Shown: in pieces, positions 20,404 to 30,640 of the stretch | Layout: the number at the start of each line of letters is the position of its first letter | How positions within the stretch are numbered: the stretch's first letter is position 1 | Assembly: GCA_963799485.1 (NCBI GenBank) | Contig: CAWCXJ010000008.1 | Location: 1-64,000 of the forward strand | Direction of reading: 5' to 3' | DNA length: 64,000 nucleotides | Origin: an uncultured Trueperaceae bacterium | GTDB taxonomy: Bacteria; Deinococcota; Deinococci; Deinococcales; Trueperaceae | The notes under the pieces: model-generated | What the model saw: only the letters and a program-made list of their open reading frames with translations | The model's database searches: none | Told to the model about the DNA's origin: nothing | Made by a program: the position numbers and the translations under genes

Positions 20404-21768
20404 ATGATGCTGCGTTCACTTGGGTTTCACTCGCCGTTCGTCCGTGCTTTATACGTTACGCTGGGCCTGATGATGACTACTGCTACAGTCACGGCGCAAA
20501 CTAATTTCGTTTACGGCGACGCTCTGCCCGACGCGCCCGAACTCGCGCCGCGCGGCCCCTACAGCGTCGGGGTACGGACGGTAGAGACCGTCAACCCCGA
20601 CCAGCTAGACGTTTTAGCCGTCACGCCGGACGAGCCCAATCCGCGCTACGACCGCCCCTTGACTGTAGAGGTCTTTTACCCCGGCACCGTCCCGGCGGGT
20701 CAGGAAGCCCTGACGACCTACCGCGACGTTTACGGTTTCGGCCCGAACAATCCAGAGCGCCCGAACAATCCGCTGACCTTTGCCGGACGCGCCCTGAGAG
20801 ACGCCGCGCCGGACAAAAAAGGCGCACCTTACCCGCTCGTGGTACTGTCGCACGGCTACCCGGGCTCGAGGCTGATGATGACGTACTTGGCTGAAAATCT
20901 GGCTTCAAAAGGCTACGTGGTCGCTGCCATCGGGCACACCGACTCGACTTTTGACAATGTGGGAGCGTTTTCCAGCACGCTCGTCAACCGCGCCAAAGAC
21001 CAGCTTTTCGTGATCGACGAGATGGGTCGCCGGAGCGATGGTGAGGGCTTTTTAGGTGGTCTACTCGACGCACAAAACACCGCGATCATCGGTTATTCGA
21101 TGGGCGGTTACGGCGCGCTCAACGCTGCCGGTGCGGGCTACAGCGAAGCGGCTGCCTCGTTTCCGGGGCTGCCCGAAGGTGCGCTGACGCCGCGCGTCAC
21201 CGGCAATTTTGAACCCGACCCGCGTATCAAAGCGGTGGTGGCGTTTGCGCCGTGGGGCGCAGAGGCGGCGCTTGCAGGAATCGGTATCCCCGACCTGAGC
21301 TTTTTCGAACCTGACGGCCTCAAAGGACTCCGCGTACCGACGATGTTTGTCGTCGGTGACGAAGACGACGTGTCGCAGTACGAAGGTGGTGTTAAGAGCT
21401 TGTTTGAAGGTGCAGTCAACGCCGAGCGTTACCTGCTCGTGTACGAAAATGCCCGCCACAACGTCGCGCCGAACCCGCCGCCCTTAGACGCGCCGAACTT
21501 AGAAGAATACTCGCGTTACGCCGAGTTTGTCTGGGACGCGCGGCGGATCAACAACGTCAATCAGCATTTTGTCACGGCGTTTTTAGACCAGAAGCTCAAG
21601 GGTAAGGAGACGGGCGCGTACCTCGCGCTCATCCAAAACTCAAATAACGGCGTCTGGGCGCAAAACGAAGACGGCAGCTTTGCGCCGGAGCACACCTACT
21701 GGACAGGGTTCCCGGAGCGCACGGCGTTGGGGATGCAGTTTTACCGCGAGCCTGCGGCGGGCGAGTAG
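20404..21768 (+). CDS. Secreted alpha/beta hydrolase
   Basis: LSHGYPG, GYSMGG nucleophile elbow, signal peptide. Confidence 0.85.
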   Translation: MMLRSLGFHSPFVRALYVTLGLMMTTATVTAQTNFVYGDALPDAPELAPRGPYSVGVRTVETVNPDQLDVLAVTPDEPNPRYDRPLTVEVFYPGTVPAGQEALTTYRDVYGFGPNNPERPNNPLTFAGRALRDAAPDKKGAPYPLVVLSHGYPGSRLMMTYLAENLASKGYVVAAIGHTDSTFDNVGAFSSTLVNRAKDQLFVIDEMGRRSDGEGFLGGLLDAQNTAIIGYSMGGYGALNAAGAGYSEAAASFPGLPEGALTPRVTGNFEPDPRIKAVVAFAPWGAEAALAGIGIPDLSFFEPDGLKGLRVPTMFVVGDEDDVSQYEGGVKSLFEGAVNAERYLLVYENARHNVAPNPPPLDAPNLEEYSRYAEFVWDARRINNVNQHFVTAFLDQKLKGKETGAYLALIQNSNNGVWAQNEDGSFAPEHTYWTGFPERTALGMQFYREPAAGE

Positions 21769-21771
21769 CGT

Positions 21772-22722
21772 TTACGGCAGGCCGGGTTTGAGCAGGCCGC
21801 GCAGCTTTTCGTAAGGTACGGTGACGGCGAACTTGCCTTGGGCGTAAGGGCCGACGGCGTAGGGAGCGAAGGTGAAAGTAAGCCCCCTACCGGTCAGATT
21901 AAACACACCTAAATCCCGTCCGGTCAGTTTTACGGTGCTGTCCAAAATCCAAGCCGCGCGGTGGGCACGAAGTTTACGGGTAATCTCGCGGAGCAGTACC
22001 GGGCGATACGCCGCGCCCTCCAAGAAAAGGTCTTTAAGACCGAGCCGCACGGGTTTTCCCTCGCCGGTGCGGTAGAAGGTCAGGCTGCGGTAGCTGGTGT
22101 TGGGGTGCGCCCCACCGGTGTAGTAGAAGCTGGTCTCGAGCAGACTCAACGTGTCTTGGGTTAAAAGGGTGGGCTCGAGTACGCTTTCATAGCTGTAGGG
22201 GTAGAAAAGATCGCCGTTTACGGCAACCTGCTGTGCGTCTCGGACGAACGAAACGACCGGCGCGTTGACGAACTCCCCTAGCCGCCCGTTTAGTTGCCCC
22301 CACGGTGCGACGAGCCAAAAGGGTGTTTCGGTGCGCGTCGCTAAGGACGGCCCCTGCGTGGTGCGGCGCAGCGTATACGACGCGGCGAGCGCCAAACTAA
22401 AAGGGTCACCGTCGGCAAGCTTGCCGGAAAACGTCCGGCGTTCTGTGAACGGTTCGGGCAAACGTCCTATGAGGTTGACCCCGGCACCTTCTAACTGGAT
22501 TTCTCCTGTTTGGGTTTGTTCACCCTTTAGGGTTCGGGGCGGCGTGCCTAAAAGCGTTCCCGTCACCTCGGTAGGGGAGAGGTAGAGCTCGAGCTGTACC
22601 TGTTCGCCTGCTAGCGTACCGCTCAAAAGGTAGCGAGCAGGTACCACCTGGGCCGCCGCAAAACCGAGTATCGTGCTGATTAGGCTCGAGACAAGCCCAA
22701 CCGACGAGCTGAACCACCGCAT
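21772..22722 (-). CDS. RsiV/DUF3298-like secreted protein
   Basis: YTGGAHPN, FAPYAVGPYAQG. Confidence 0.75.
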   Translation of the reverse strand: MRWFSSSVGLVSSLISTILGFAAAQVVPARYLLSGTLAGEQVQLELYLSPTEVTGTLLGTPPRTLKGEQTQTGEIQLEGAGVNLIGRLPEPFTERRTFSGKLADGDPFSLALAASYTLRRTTQGPSLATRTETPFWLVAPWGQLNGRLGEFVNAPVVSFVRDAQQVAVNGDLFYPYSYESVLEPTLLTQDTLSLLETSFYYTGGAHPNTSYRSLTFYRTGEGKPVRLGLKDLFLEGAAYRPVLLREITRKLRAHRAAWILDSTVKLTGRDLGVFNLTGRGLTFTFAPYAVGPYAQGKFAVTVPYEKLRGLLKPGLP

Positions 22723-22924
22723 CTACACCTCCTGGAATACCTGTGCCAAATGCACGTGCCGCGTCAGGTTACCTGTTCTCGCAAAAACGTGCTCACACAC
22801 TATGAGCCGACTGTGAGCTATTTTACGGACAGTCTGCGTTACAAACTCTACCTCTTTGTTAAAAGCCTGTTACACTTTCTTTAGAGACGTGCCCGGTTTA
22901 GGGGCGACTTCTGAAAGGGGAACG

Positions 22925-23392
22925 ATGCGCTGCACAACACGCCACAACTTACTCTGGGGGAGCCTGTTGGGGCTTTTGGTAGGGTGTGGACAGGTTCTGG
23001 GGGGTGCTGGAAGTATTTCAGGGACGGTTACTGCGCCGCCTGGCAGAGATGTAGCAGGTACGCAGGTTTTCGCCTGTTACGAAAACGAGGTGAACTGTGC
23101 CTCACTGGGTAAGGTGAGTGTTACAGACGTTGCCGCCTCGGCGGATTATCAGCTCGGGAGTCTAGCGCCGGGCAGTTACGGTATTTACGCCCTCAAAGAT
23201 GCCGACAACGACGGGAGCGCAACTGGCAACGGCGACTTTTACGGGTACTACAGTCTCAGCGCAGGCGAGCCGTCACTTGTAACGCCGCCCGCCGAAAATA
23301 TCGACATTCAGATGACTGTATTGACAGGTACCAGCAAAGTTCCTCAGGTCATCCACGAACTACAAGCGCACCCTAAAACGCGTTTGCCCTAA
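22925..23392 (+). CDS. Hypothetical lipoprotein
   Basis: Lipobox LLVGC; YALKDADNDG. Confidence 0.6.
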   Translation: MRCTTRHNLLWGSLLGLLVGCGQVLGGAGSISGTVTAPPGRDVAGTQVFACYENEVNCASLGKVSVTDVAASADYQLGSLAPGSYGIYALKDADNDGSATGNGDFYGYYSLSAGEPSLVTPPAENIDIQMTVLTGTSKVPQVIHELQAHPKTRLP

Positions 23393-23402
23393 CGCCTAAA
23401 TC

Positions 23403-24035
23403 CTAAACTTTGGGCCGGGTCATGGAAAACACCCGGCCCAAAGTGCTGTACTCGTCGCGTCCAAGCCTTGCGATAGGCCGGTAACGTGCTGCTGCGATAA
23501 GCCCATCTTCACCGAGCAGGTCGCGCCTGACCTGAACCGCGACAACCTGCCCCAACACGAGCGTCGAACCGGAACCTGCAACCTCGACAAGCTGCGAGAC
23601 GCGGCACTCGAGGGCGACCGGGGCCGCCGCCACCCGGGGCGGGACGACGAGGCGCGAGGCCGCCGCCTCGAGTCCTGCCTTGGCAAACTCGTCTACGCCG
23701 TGCGCCCATGTCCCTGAAGTATGGTTGAGCGCCTCGGCAAGCGGTTCGTCCGCGAGATTGACGACGAACTCGCCGGTGTCTTGCGCGTTTTTAAGCGAGT
23801 CTTTAGGTGAGCCGTCGAGTCTTTTGCCCGGTGAAAACATCACCGTCAGCGGGTCGCTGGCTACCGCGTTAAAAAATGAATAAGGCGCGAGGTTGAGCGC
23901 GCCTTTTTTGGAGACGGTGCTGACCCACGCGATAGGCCGGGGAATGAGGGCGCTTGTGAGCAGTTTGTAGGCACCTTGGCTTCCCAATTCGGTGACGGCA
24001 AAAGTCCGCATGTCAGGCACGTTTGGCTCCTGCAA
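23403..24035 (-). CDS. Flavin reductase family protein
   Basis: PRPIAWVST, NLAPYSFFN, PIARLG. Confidence 0.9.
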   Translation of the reverse strand: MQEPNVPDMRTFAVTELGSQGAYKLLTSALIPRPIAWVSTVSKKGALNLAPYSFFNAVASDPLTVMFSPGKRLDGSPKDSLKNAQDTGEFVVNLADEPLAEALNHTSGTWAHGVDEFAKAGLEAAASRLVVPPRVAAAPVALECRVSQLVEVAGSGSTLVLGQVVAVQVRRDLLGEDGLIAAARYRPIARLGRDEYSTLGRVFSMTRPKV

Positions 24036-24660
24036 TCATAACTTTTGCCGCGTCCAGTTCTTCTTGATTGACGGTGTGGCCCATCCCCGGATAGATACGC
24101 ACGTCCACCTCGCCGCCGAGCCCGTTTATAATTTCTGCGGATTTTATCACCCTAGCTTCAGGAATGTGTGCGTCAACGTCGCTACACCCTAAAAAGACGG
24201 GGGTACCCTCTAGTGAACCGCTATAGTCACGCGGTACAGATTCAAACCGGGTGTCCGGCCCGATAAGTCCGCCGGAAAAGGCAACCACGCCGCCGTAACG
24301 TGTGGCGTGTCTGGCAGCGAACTCCAAAGCTAGACAAGCCCCCTGAGAAAATCCCAGCAGCACGGTGTTTTCGCGTGAGAACCCGACTTCAGAGAGTTCT
24401 GAAAGTGAGTCCTGCACGGCCTGAAGTGCCTCCGACAGATACGGTTCGTTACGCTCTAAGGGCTGCAAAAACGATTGCGGATACCAGGCGTTGCCCTCGG
24501 CCTCCGGTGCGGCGTAGGCGACGTTCTCAGTTCCCAACATGTCGGCGAGGCCCAAGATACCCCGCGCCGAGTCGCCGCGTCCGTGAAGCAGTAAGACGGC
24601 AACATCAGCGGTTTCCAAAGGCGTGCCGTAAAAGGTGAGCTTGCGTCCGCCTTGCGCCAT
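24013..24660 (-). CDS. Phospholipase/carboxylesterase
   Basis: LLHGRG, GFSQG, DAHIP, GMGH. Confidence 0.9.
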   Translation of the reverse strand: MAQGGRKLTFYGTPLETADVAVLLLHGRGDSARGILGLADMLGTENVAYAAPEAEGNAWYPQSFLQPLERNEPYLSEALQAVQDSLSELSEVGFSRENTVLLGFSQGACLALEFAARHATRYGGVVAFSGGLIGPDTRFESVPRDYSGSLEGTPVFLGCSDVDAHIPEARVIKSAEIINGLGGEVDVRIYPGMGHTVNQEELDAAKVMIAGAKRA

Positions 24661-24881
24661 TACGCGCTCACCGTCTCGAGGAGTCGGGGCCGGTACATCG
24701 TCAGGTCGAATATCGTCATAATAAATCCTTTCAAAAACACTGCTGCAACACTGCTACTTGCCTCAAAAGATAACGCACGCACGACGACCAGACTGTGGGG
24801 CGTCGGGTCTTCCGGCTGCGTTTCAGCCGGGGCCAAGGTACAAGACGAACACGCTGCGAACCGCTTGCTAGACTGAACCTT

Positions 24882-26237
24882 ATGATTTCCCCTCGTATGA
24901 CCGTCATCGGTGCGGGCATGGCCGGTTCCGACGCTGCTTTTGCCGCCGCCAAGCTGGGTGTCCACGTCGACCTTTACGAGATGCGCCCCGTAAAAACGAC
25001 GCCCGCGCACCGTACCGGCGACTTTGCCGAGCTGGTGTGTTCGAACTCGTTTGGCGGTGAGGGCGAAACGAACGCCAAGGGTTTGCTGCAACGTGAAATG
25101 CTCGCTGCGGGCGGGTTGGTGATGACCTCGGCGCACGCCACCAGAGTTCCGGCAGGCGGCGCGCTCGCCGTCGACCGCGAGGCGTTCGGCGCAGCGGTTA
25201 CGGCGGCGCTCAAAAATCATCCGAACATCACCGTTCACGCAGAAGAGCTAACCCGAATCCCGGAAGGGGTCGTCGTCGTCGCGTCGGGGCCGCTGACCTC
25301 GGACGCGTTGGCGGAAAACTTGCGCGAAGTTATCGGTGAAGATTTTTTAGGCTTTTACGACGCGGCGGCCCCGGTTATCGACGTGGACTCTGTCGATATG
25401 AGCATCGCCTACCGCAAGGGCCGCTACGGGCAGGCGGCGGACTACCTCAATTTGCCGTTCGACAAAGAACAGTACGAGCGCTGGTATGAAGCGCTTACCG
25501 AGGCGCGGCAACACACCCCGCACGACTGGGAGAATCTGGAGTTTTTTGAAGGTTGTATGCCCATCGAGGAGATTGCGCGGCGCGGGTTCGACACACCCCG
25601 GTTTGGGCCGCTAAAACCCGTGGGGCTCGAGCATCCCGAAACGGGTAAACGTTTTTACGCGGTGGCGCAGCTTCGCCAGGAGGACGTGCGCGGACAGATG
25701 TGGAGTCTGGTCGGGTTTCAGACCGGGCTTAAATGGGGTGACCAACGGGAAGTTTTACGGCTGATTCCAGGTCTGGAAAATGCCGAGGTAGTGCGGTACG
25801 GCGTGATGCACCGCAACACCTACCTGAACGCGCCCAAGCTTTTAACGCCTGAACTGAGCTTGCGTGAACAGCCGAACCTGTTTGTCGCGGGGGTCTTGGC
25901 GGGGACGGAAGGGTACCTCGAGTCTTCGGCGACGGGTTGGTTGGCGGGCAGCAACGCCGCCCGTAAAACTCTGGGTTTAGCACCGCTCTTACCCCCCGAA
26001 ACGACCATGCTGGGCGGGTTGGTGCGCTACCTGGCGACGGCCAACCCCGACAATTTCCAACCGATGAACGCGAACTGGAGCCTGGTGCCGACGCTCGTCA
26101 AAAAGAAGGGCGAAGGAAAAAAAGAGCGGCGGATGCGCCTCTTTGGGCGCGGGCGTGAGGACTTTCAGGAGTGGGTAGCGGAAATGAGCTTGGTAGGGGC
26201 CTTTAGAGATGTTGTGGGAGTAGCGCCGACCAGTTGA
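24882..26237 (+). CDS. trmFO: tRNA m5U54 methyltransferase TrmFO
   Basis: AELVCSNS, YDAAAP, FFEGCMPIE, RYGVMHRNTY; leaderless start. Confidence 0.96.
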   Translation: MISPRMTVIGAGMAGSDAAFAAAKLGVHVDLYEMRPVKTTPAHRTGDFAELVCSNSFGGEGETNAKGLLQREMLAAGGLVMTSAHATRVPAGGALAVDREAFGAAVTAALKNHPNITVHAEELTRIPEGVVVVASGPLTSDALAENLREVIGEDFLGFYDAAAPVIDVDSVDMSIAYRKGRYGQAADYLNLPFDKEQYERWYEALTEARQHTPHDWENLEFFEGCMPIEEIARRGFDTPRFGPLKPVGLEHPETGKRFYAVAQLRQEDVRGQMWSLVGFQTGLKWGDQREVLRLIPGLENAEVVRYGVMHRNTYLNAPKLLTPELSLREQPNLFVAGVLAGTEGYLESSATGWLAGSNAARKTLGLAPLLPPETTMLGGLVRYLATANPDNFQPMNANWSLVPTLVKKKGEGKKERRMRLFGRGREDFQEWVAEMSLVGAFRDVVGVAPTS

Positions 26238-26356
26238 CCTGTCCCAACGGGATGTACCTGCTACTATATACAGCACATCTCGGGGAAGCTACCGTGAATA
26301 AAGCACCGAACCGCGGTTCGGTGTGCTCGAGGTTTCGACGTCGCTGTGCTTACGGT

Positions 26357-27355
26357 CTAAACCGCGTCTACCGCGTTCAAAATGTCGGCTTCTGAGGTCG
26401 TAATCTGAACGTGTGCCTCTTTTTCGGCGAGGTAACGCTCCGCTGCCATCGCTGCCCGCGTTCCGGCCCCGACGCTCGTCGCTAGCTGCCGATACACCTC
26501 GTCGGCGACGTCACCGGCGGCAAAAATACCCGGTACATTCGTATAGATGTCGTCGTGGACTTTCGCGTAACCTGTGCTGCTCAGCTCGATAAGTCCGTCT
26601 AGGTAGTCGGTGTTGGGGTTGTGCCCGACGTAGATAAATACGCCGTCGGTCGGCAGCGTACGCCGCTCGCCTGTCTCGACGTTCCGTACCGCGACGCCCG
26701 TTACCTGCTCGTTGCCCAGGACTTCTTCGACAACCGTGTTCCAGACCCACGTCATTTTCGGGTTGGCAAACGCCCGCCGCTGCGCCTCTTTGTTGGCGCG
26801 CAGCTCGCCCCGACGGTGAACGACGGTTACGCTGTCGGCAAATTTGGTCAGGAACAAACCTTCTTCGACCGCCGCGTCACCGCCGCCGACGACGATGACG
26901 TTTTTGCCCCGGTAGAAAAACCCGTCGCAGGTCGCGCAGGTCGAGACGCCGCGCCCGTAAAATTCGTCTTCACCGGGGACCCCAAGGCGGCGCGGGGTCG
27001 CGCCTGTTGCGATAATGAGCGTCCTAGCCTCGTAAAGGCCGTCGTAACCTGTTACGACAAACCTGTCGCCGCCGTGCTCGATACGCTGCACTTCTTCCAT
27101 CAAGATTTCAGCACCGAACTTTTCGGCTTGCCGCACCATCCGCTGCGAGAGTTCAGGGCCACTGATAGCCTCGTCGAAACCGGGATAATTTTCGACCTCT
27201 TCGGTCTGGGCAATCTGCCCGCCGGGAAGCCCTTTTTCTAGAATGAGCGTTTTAAGTTGTGCGCGCCCCGTATAGATACCCGAAGTGAGACCGGCCGGGC
27301 CACCTCCGATAACGATCACATCGGCTTTGATTACGCTTTTAAGCGTGCTGTTCAT
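26357..27355 (-). CDS. trxB: Thioredoxin reductase
   Basis: GGGPAG, CATCDG, GGGDAA; GGAGG RBS. Confidence 0.96.
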   Translation of the reverse strand: MNSTLKSVIKADVIVIGGGPAGLTSGIYTGRAQLKTLILEKGLPGGQIAQTEEVENYPGFDEAISGPELSQRMVRQAEKFGAEILMEEVQRIEHGGDRFVVTGYDGLYEARTLIIATGATPRRLGVPGEDEFYGRGVSTCATCDGFFYRGKNVIVVGGGDAAVEEGLFLTKFADSVTVVHRRGELRANKEAQRRAFANPKMTWVWNTVVEEVLGNEQVTGVAVRNVETGERRTLPTDGVFIYVGHNPNTDYLDGLIELSSTGYAKVHDDIYTNVPGIFAAGDVADEVYRQLATSVGAGTRAAMAAERYLAEKEAHVQITTSEADILNAVDAV

Positions 27356-27826
27356 GGGTCCTCCAGGGCGGGCCGGGGTGTTCCGAGCTACCCGCTTCAC
27401 TATCAAAAATGTATCACACGTGGTGGGCGCGGTCTGTCTGGTTCTATACGAATGCCGGACAGCTTGTAAAACCGCGCAGGCGCGCTGGACGACGTATTCG
27501 TACCGGAACAGTGCCTTTGTAAAAGCCCAAAGGCGGCGGCTCGAGTAGACGCCACCTGAACTGCTTTGGAGCGCACCTGCTTTGAGCGACCACCAGACGA
27601 TTTTGGTCTAGGTGGTAACTACGTTGTTGCTCGTGGACAGCTCCCTAACCGCACCGCTTAGCTTGCTGCTAAAACAGTGTTGATGACACTTACTAATCAG
27701 AGGCGGGCAAATCCATCGGTGCATGATTGGGTGCAACAAACTATCAGGCACACCAAACCAAGAACCGCGCTCGGCTTCTCAGCTTTACGCGGTTTCGTTT
27801 GTGTCGTCTGTGACGGTCTTTTGTTG

Positions 27827-27871
27827 TGGTTGCGGGGACTGGATTTGAACCAATGACCTTCGGGTTATGAG
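27827..27871 (-). repeat. att core, 45-bp duplicate of the tRNA-fMet 3' end
   Basis: Identical to 40324-40368. Confidence 0.95.
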
Positions 27872-27986
27872 TCACGGACAGCGTTTTTAGTAGAGCTTAG
27901 CTGAGTATAGAGAGGATGTCAGGGGCGCTTTTTGTTACCATGTTAAGTGACTTGAGTATGGCTTAGGCGGGGCAGTTTCGCAGAGT

Positions 27987-28007
27987 TGGCACACTATAGG
28001 CACACTA
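27987..28007 (+). promoter_or_regulatory. Putative integrase arm sites (tandem GGCACACTA)
   Basis: tggcacactataggcacacta, identical to 40232-40252. Confidence 0.75.
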
Positions 28008-28045
28008 CTTTTAGGGCAAAGAAGGCAGCGGGTAAGGGGTGCAAG

Positions 28046-28845
28046 GTGACGAAAAAGACAAGGGGCAAGGCGGCTCCAGATCGGCAGCTAGGTAGTCTGC
28101 AATGTCGCATATTGGTGTGGATTCACGATAGAGAAGAGCGCACGCGCCTTAAGTGATGGGAGCGAGAGACAAAAGTTACCCCTGAACTTTACAAGTTTGT
28201 CAAAGGGGTAGAGAGCGGCGCGGTCGATAAGTCAATCCTCAAGCAACTGTCTAATATGGGGATGGATTCTGAGTTTCTTAAACAGCATCTCAGTATAAAA
28301 ACTGAAAGAGAAGAAAGAGCCAAAGAGCTGAGCCAAAAAGGTATCCCCTGGAGCGCTAAGCTTTTCTACGACGCGCCGCCTACAGCTTCGCAAGTATCTA
28401 CGCTTTCGGGTGCATTAAGAGACCTCGAGAAACGGGGTTTAGTCGTCGGGCATGACGGCGCTAGAGGATTAGGGGAGAAGCCGCGCACGACACACGTCAA
28501 GCTTACGGAACCGGGAAAGAATACCGCCCTCTCCCTTAAGAACAACGGGGCAAATCTCAGCGGCAAATAGAAACAGAGGAGCGACATAGAACGCTACTTT
28601 TACGTGCGCGTTTACACCACGCAAGACAAGATTTGAGGTTTGAAAAGGAACGTCTGAAGCGTATAAATGCAGAAATAGAGTGGTCTGAAATCATGGGCGA
28701 CAAGATTCCCCCGCTTCTGTACATCGAACAATCAGGATTGGAAGAGACAGTTAGCAGGCGCGAGAGAAAAATAGAGCTTTATGAAGAAGAACTTACAGGG
28801 CCGGATTGGGAAGAGCATGAGGCTGAGCTGAGGAATTTCTGGTGA
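28046..28845 (+). pseudogene. Winged-helix-type protein broken by a stop and a probable frameshift
   Basis: GTG 28046 is in frame with ORF 28256 across TGA 28154; ORF 28633 frame is open back to about 28540. Confidence 0.5.
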
Positions 28846-29082
28846 TGCTATCTCGACCGATTAGGTTATGTTAGGCGATATGTCAAAGCATAATCCCTAA
28901 CATGTTTTAGATATGCTGTCACCGACGCAAATAAAGCTTTGCAGCCGACCTGTTAAGGGTTAAACTCACGTAACAAAGAAGGGAGATTTTTCTAACTTCC
29001 ACACTCAACTAAAAGCCGCTCGAGGGTGCCCTACCACCAAGCAGAAACACCCCGAGCTTAGCCACAACCTAAGGAGGTTGTA

Positions 29083-29331
29083 ATGGACAGTGTAGCTGTC
29101 AGCCGTAGCGCCGTAAACCCTGCCCCCCGAAAACTAATTACCGTTGAGGCCGTCGCCGAGCGCTGCGACATGCCCGTATCGACGATCTATGAAATGGCGC
29201 GCCAAAACCGTATCGGCGGCGTGGTGCGTTTGGGCCGCCGGGTAAGATTTGACCCGGCAAAGTTTGAAGCGTGGCTCGAGGCTGGTGGCGAGTCTCTACC
29301 GGGCGGCTGGCGACAAGAAGAAGCCGCATGA
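29083..29331 (+). CDS. Excisionase/AlpA-like HTH protein
   Basis: ITVEAVAER..STIYEMAR..RLGRRVRF; AAGGAGG RBS. Confidence 0.8.
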   Translation: MDSVAVSRSAVNPAPRKLITVEAVAERCDMPVSTIYEMARQNRIGGVVRLGRRVRFDPAKFEAWLEAGGESLPGGWRQEEAA

Positions 29332-29591
29332 AAAAAGCCGCGTATGGCGACGCGGCGGGGGCAAAACACAGCGGGGCGGCTGCTAGCGCTATTGTAGCAC
29401 CCTGCGCTGCCCGTAATCCCGACCTAGACAGTAAAGAGCCGCCTTCACAGACAAGTAGTAGCCCGTGCCCTTACGGGGCAGAGTGTCGTCAGAAGTGGAC
29501 ATACCTAGTCGGAACCGAGACCGCCGACTGCGCTCACTGCTACCAGAACCTAAACCGCTCAGAGATGGCGCGGATTATGGAAAATCTATGA
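29328..29591 (+). CDS. Hypothetical Cys-rich protein
   Basis: ATGA overlaps with both neighbours. Confidence 0.5.
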   Translation: MKKAAYGDAAGAKHSGAAASAIVAPCAARNPDLDSKEPPSQTSSSPCPYGAECRQKWTYLVGTETADCAHCYQNLNRSEMARIMENL

Positions 29592-30640
29592 GCGTTGATT
29601 TGCAGAGCCTGAAAGCCGCCGTGCTTCTGCTGGAACTCGTTACCGAAACATACGACATAGACCGCGCCGGTAAGGTGCTGTGCCCGGTGCATGACGACCA
29701 CACGCCGAGCTGCCACATTTACCGGGACGGTTTCAAATGCTACTCGTGCGGGGCTCACGGTGACGCGTTGGACTGGCTCGAGGCGGTTCACAATTTAAGC
29801 ACCGCTGAAGCTATCAGGGAACTCGAGCGCCGCGCCGGGGGGTACATCCCTCCGGTGAGCGAGCGCACGGTTAGGGTCAGCTGACCGGCCCCAACGTTTA
29901 AGCCGGTTCCTTCAGATGTACAGGGGGCTCACCGCCGACGCGCCGCCCAGCTCGACCACGTACCCGCTGCGCTTCAAGGGCGTGGATTCACTTTGGACGA
30001 CCTGAAGGCGCTCCAGATTGCAGCCTACGGTCAAGATGCCGTGCTACCGATTACCGGGCCGGACGGTTGCACCCTCGCACTCAAAAGACGCTTTGCTGAG
30101 CCTGGATACGGCCCGCGTTACAGGTACACGACGCCGGGACACGGCACGCCCGCGTGGTGCTCACCGGACTTCGGCAAAGGTGACGTGCTGATTATTGAGG
30201 GTGAGCTTAATGGGATGATCTGCTACCTGACGCGGCCTGAGCTGTCCGTTATGGGAACAGCCGGAACGGGCGGGGCGTTGCACCTGGAGGTGCTACGCGG
30301 CCGCACGGTCTACGTTTACGCCGACGGCGACGCACCGGGACAAAAGGCTCGAGACAAATGGGCAGCGTCGGCGCTTTCGGCGGGCGCTGCAAAAGTGTTT
30401 GTGCAGGGGCCGTGGCCTTTGGATGCGTGCGATCTAGCAGGTAAAGAAGGCCGCGCCGCCCTCCGGGAGCGGCTCACCGGAAGCCTTGAAACCGCAAAGG
30501 CATTTAGGGCACTCCGTTCATTTGGGGCAAAAGGGTGTGCCCTAAATGATTTGCGTCTGGCACAGGGAAAACCCGATTTAGGGCACTCGGGCAGTGGGTT
30601 TTCATCCAAACCGAAGTTAGGCGGTAAACCGTGCCTCTAA
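29588..30640 (+). pseudogene. CHC2 zinc-finger/TOPRIM primase with in-frame TGA at 29882
   Basis: CPVHDDHTPS..CYSCGAHGD; same frame continues to IIEGE and YADGD. Confidence 0.8.
30501..30602. repeat. Iteron array A (GCCCYAAAT x4)
   Basis: Inverted copy of 31656-31758. Confidence 0.8.

Noticed and set aside
27827..27871. Second tRNA gene
   Set aside because: Only the 3' 45 nt are present; it is an att duplicate
28860..28920. Deinococcal RDRM (DdrO) site
   Set aside because: Half-site spacing does not fit the 17-bp palindrome
28154..29884. TGA recoding in the island
   Set aside because: Many island genes, including helicase and integrase, end in TGA; point mutations are the simpler explanation
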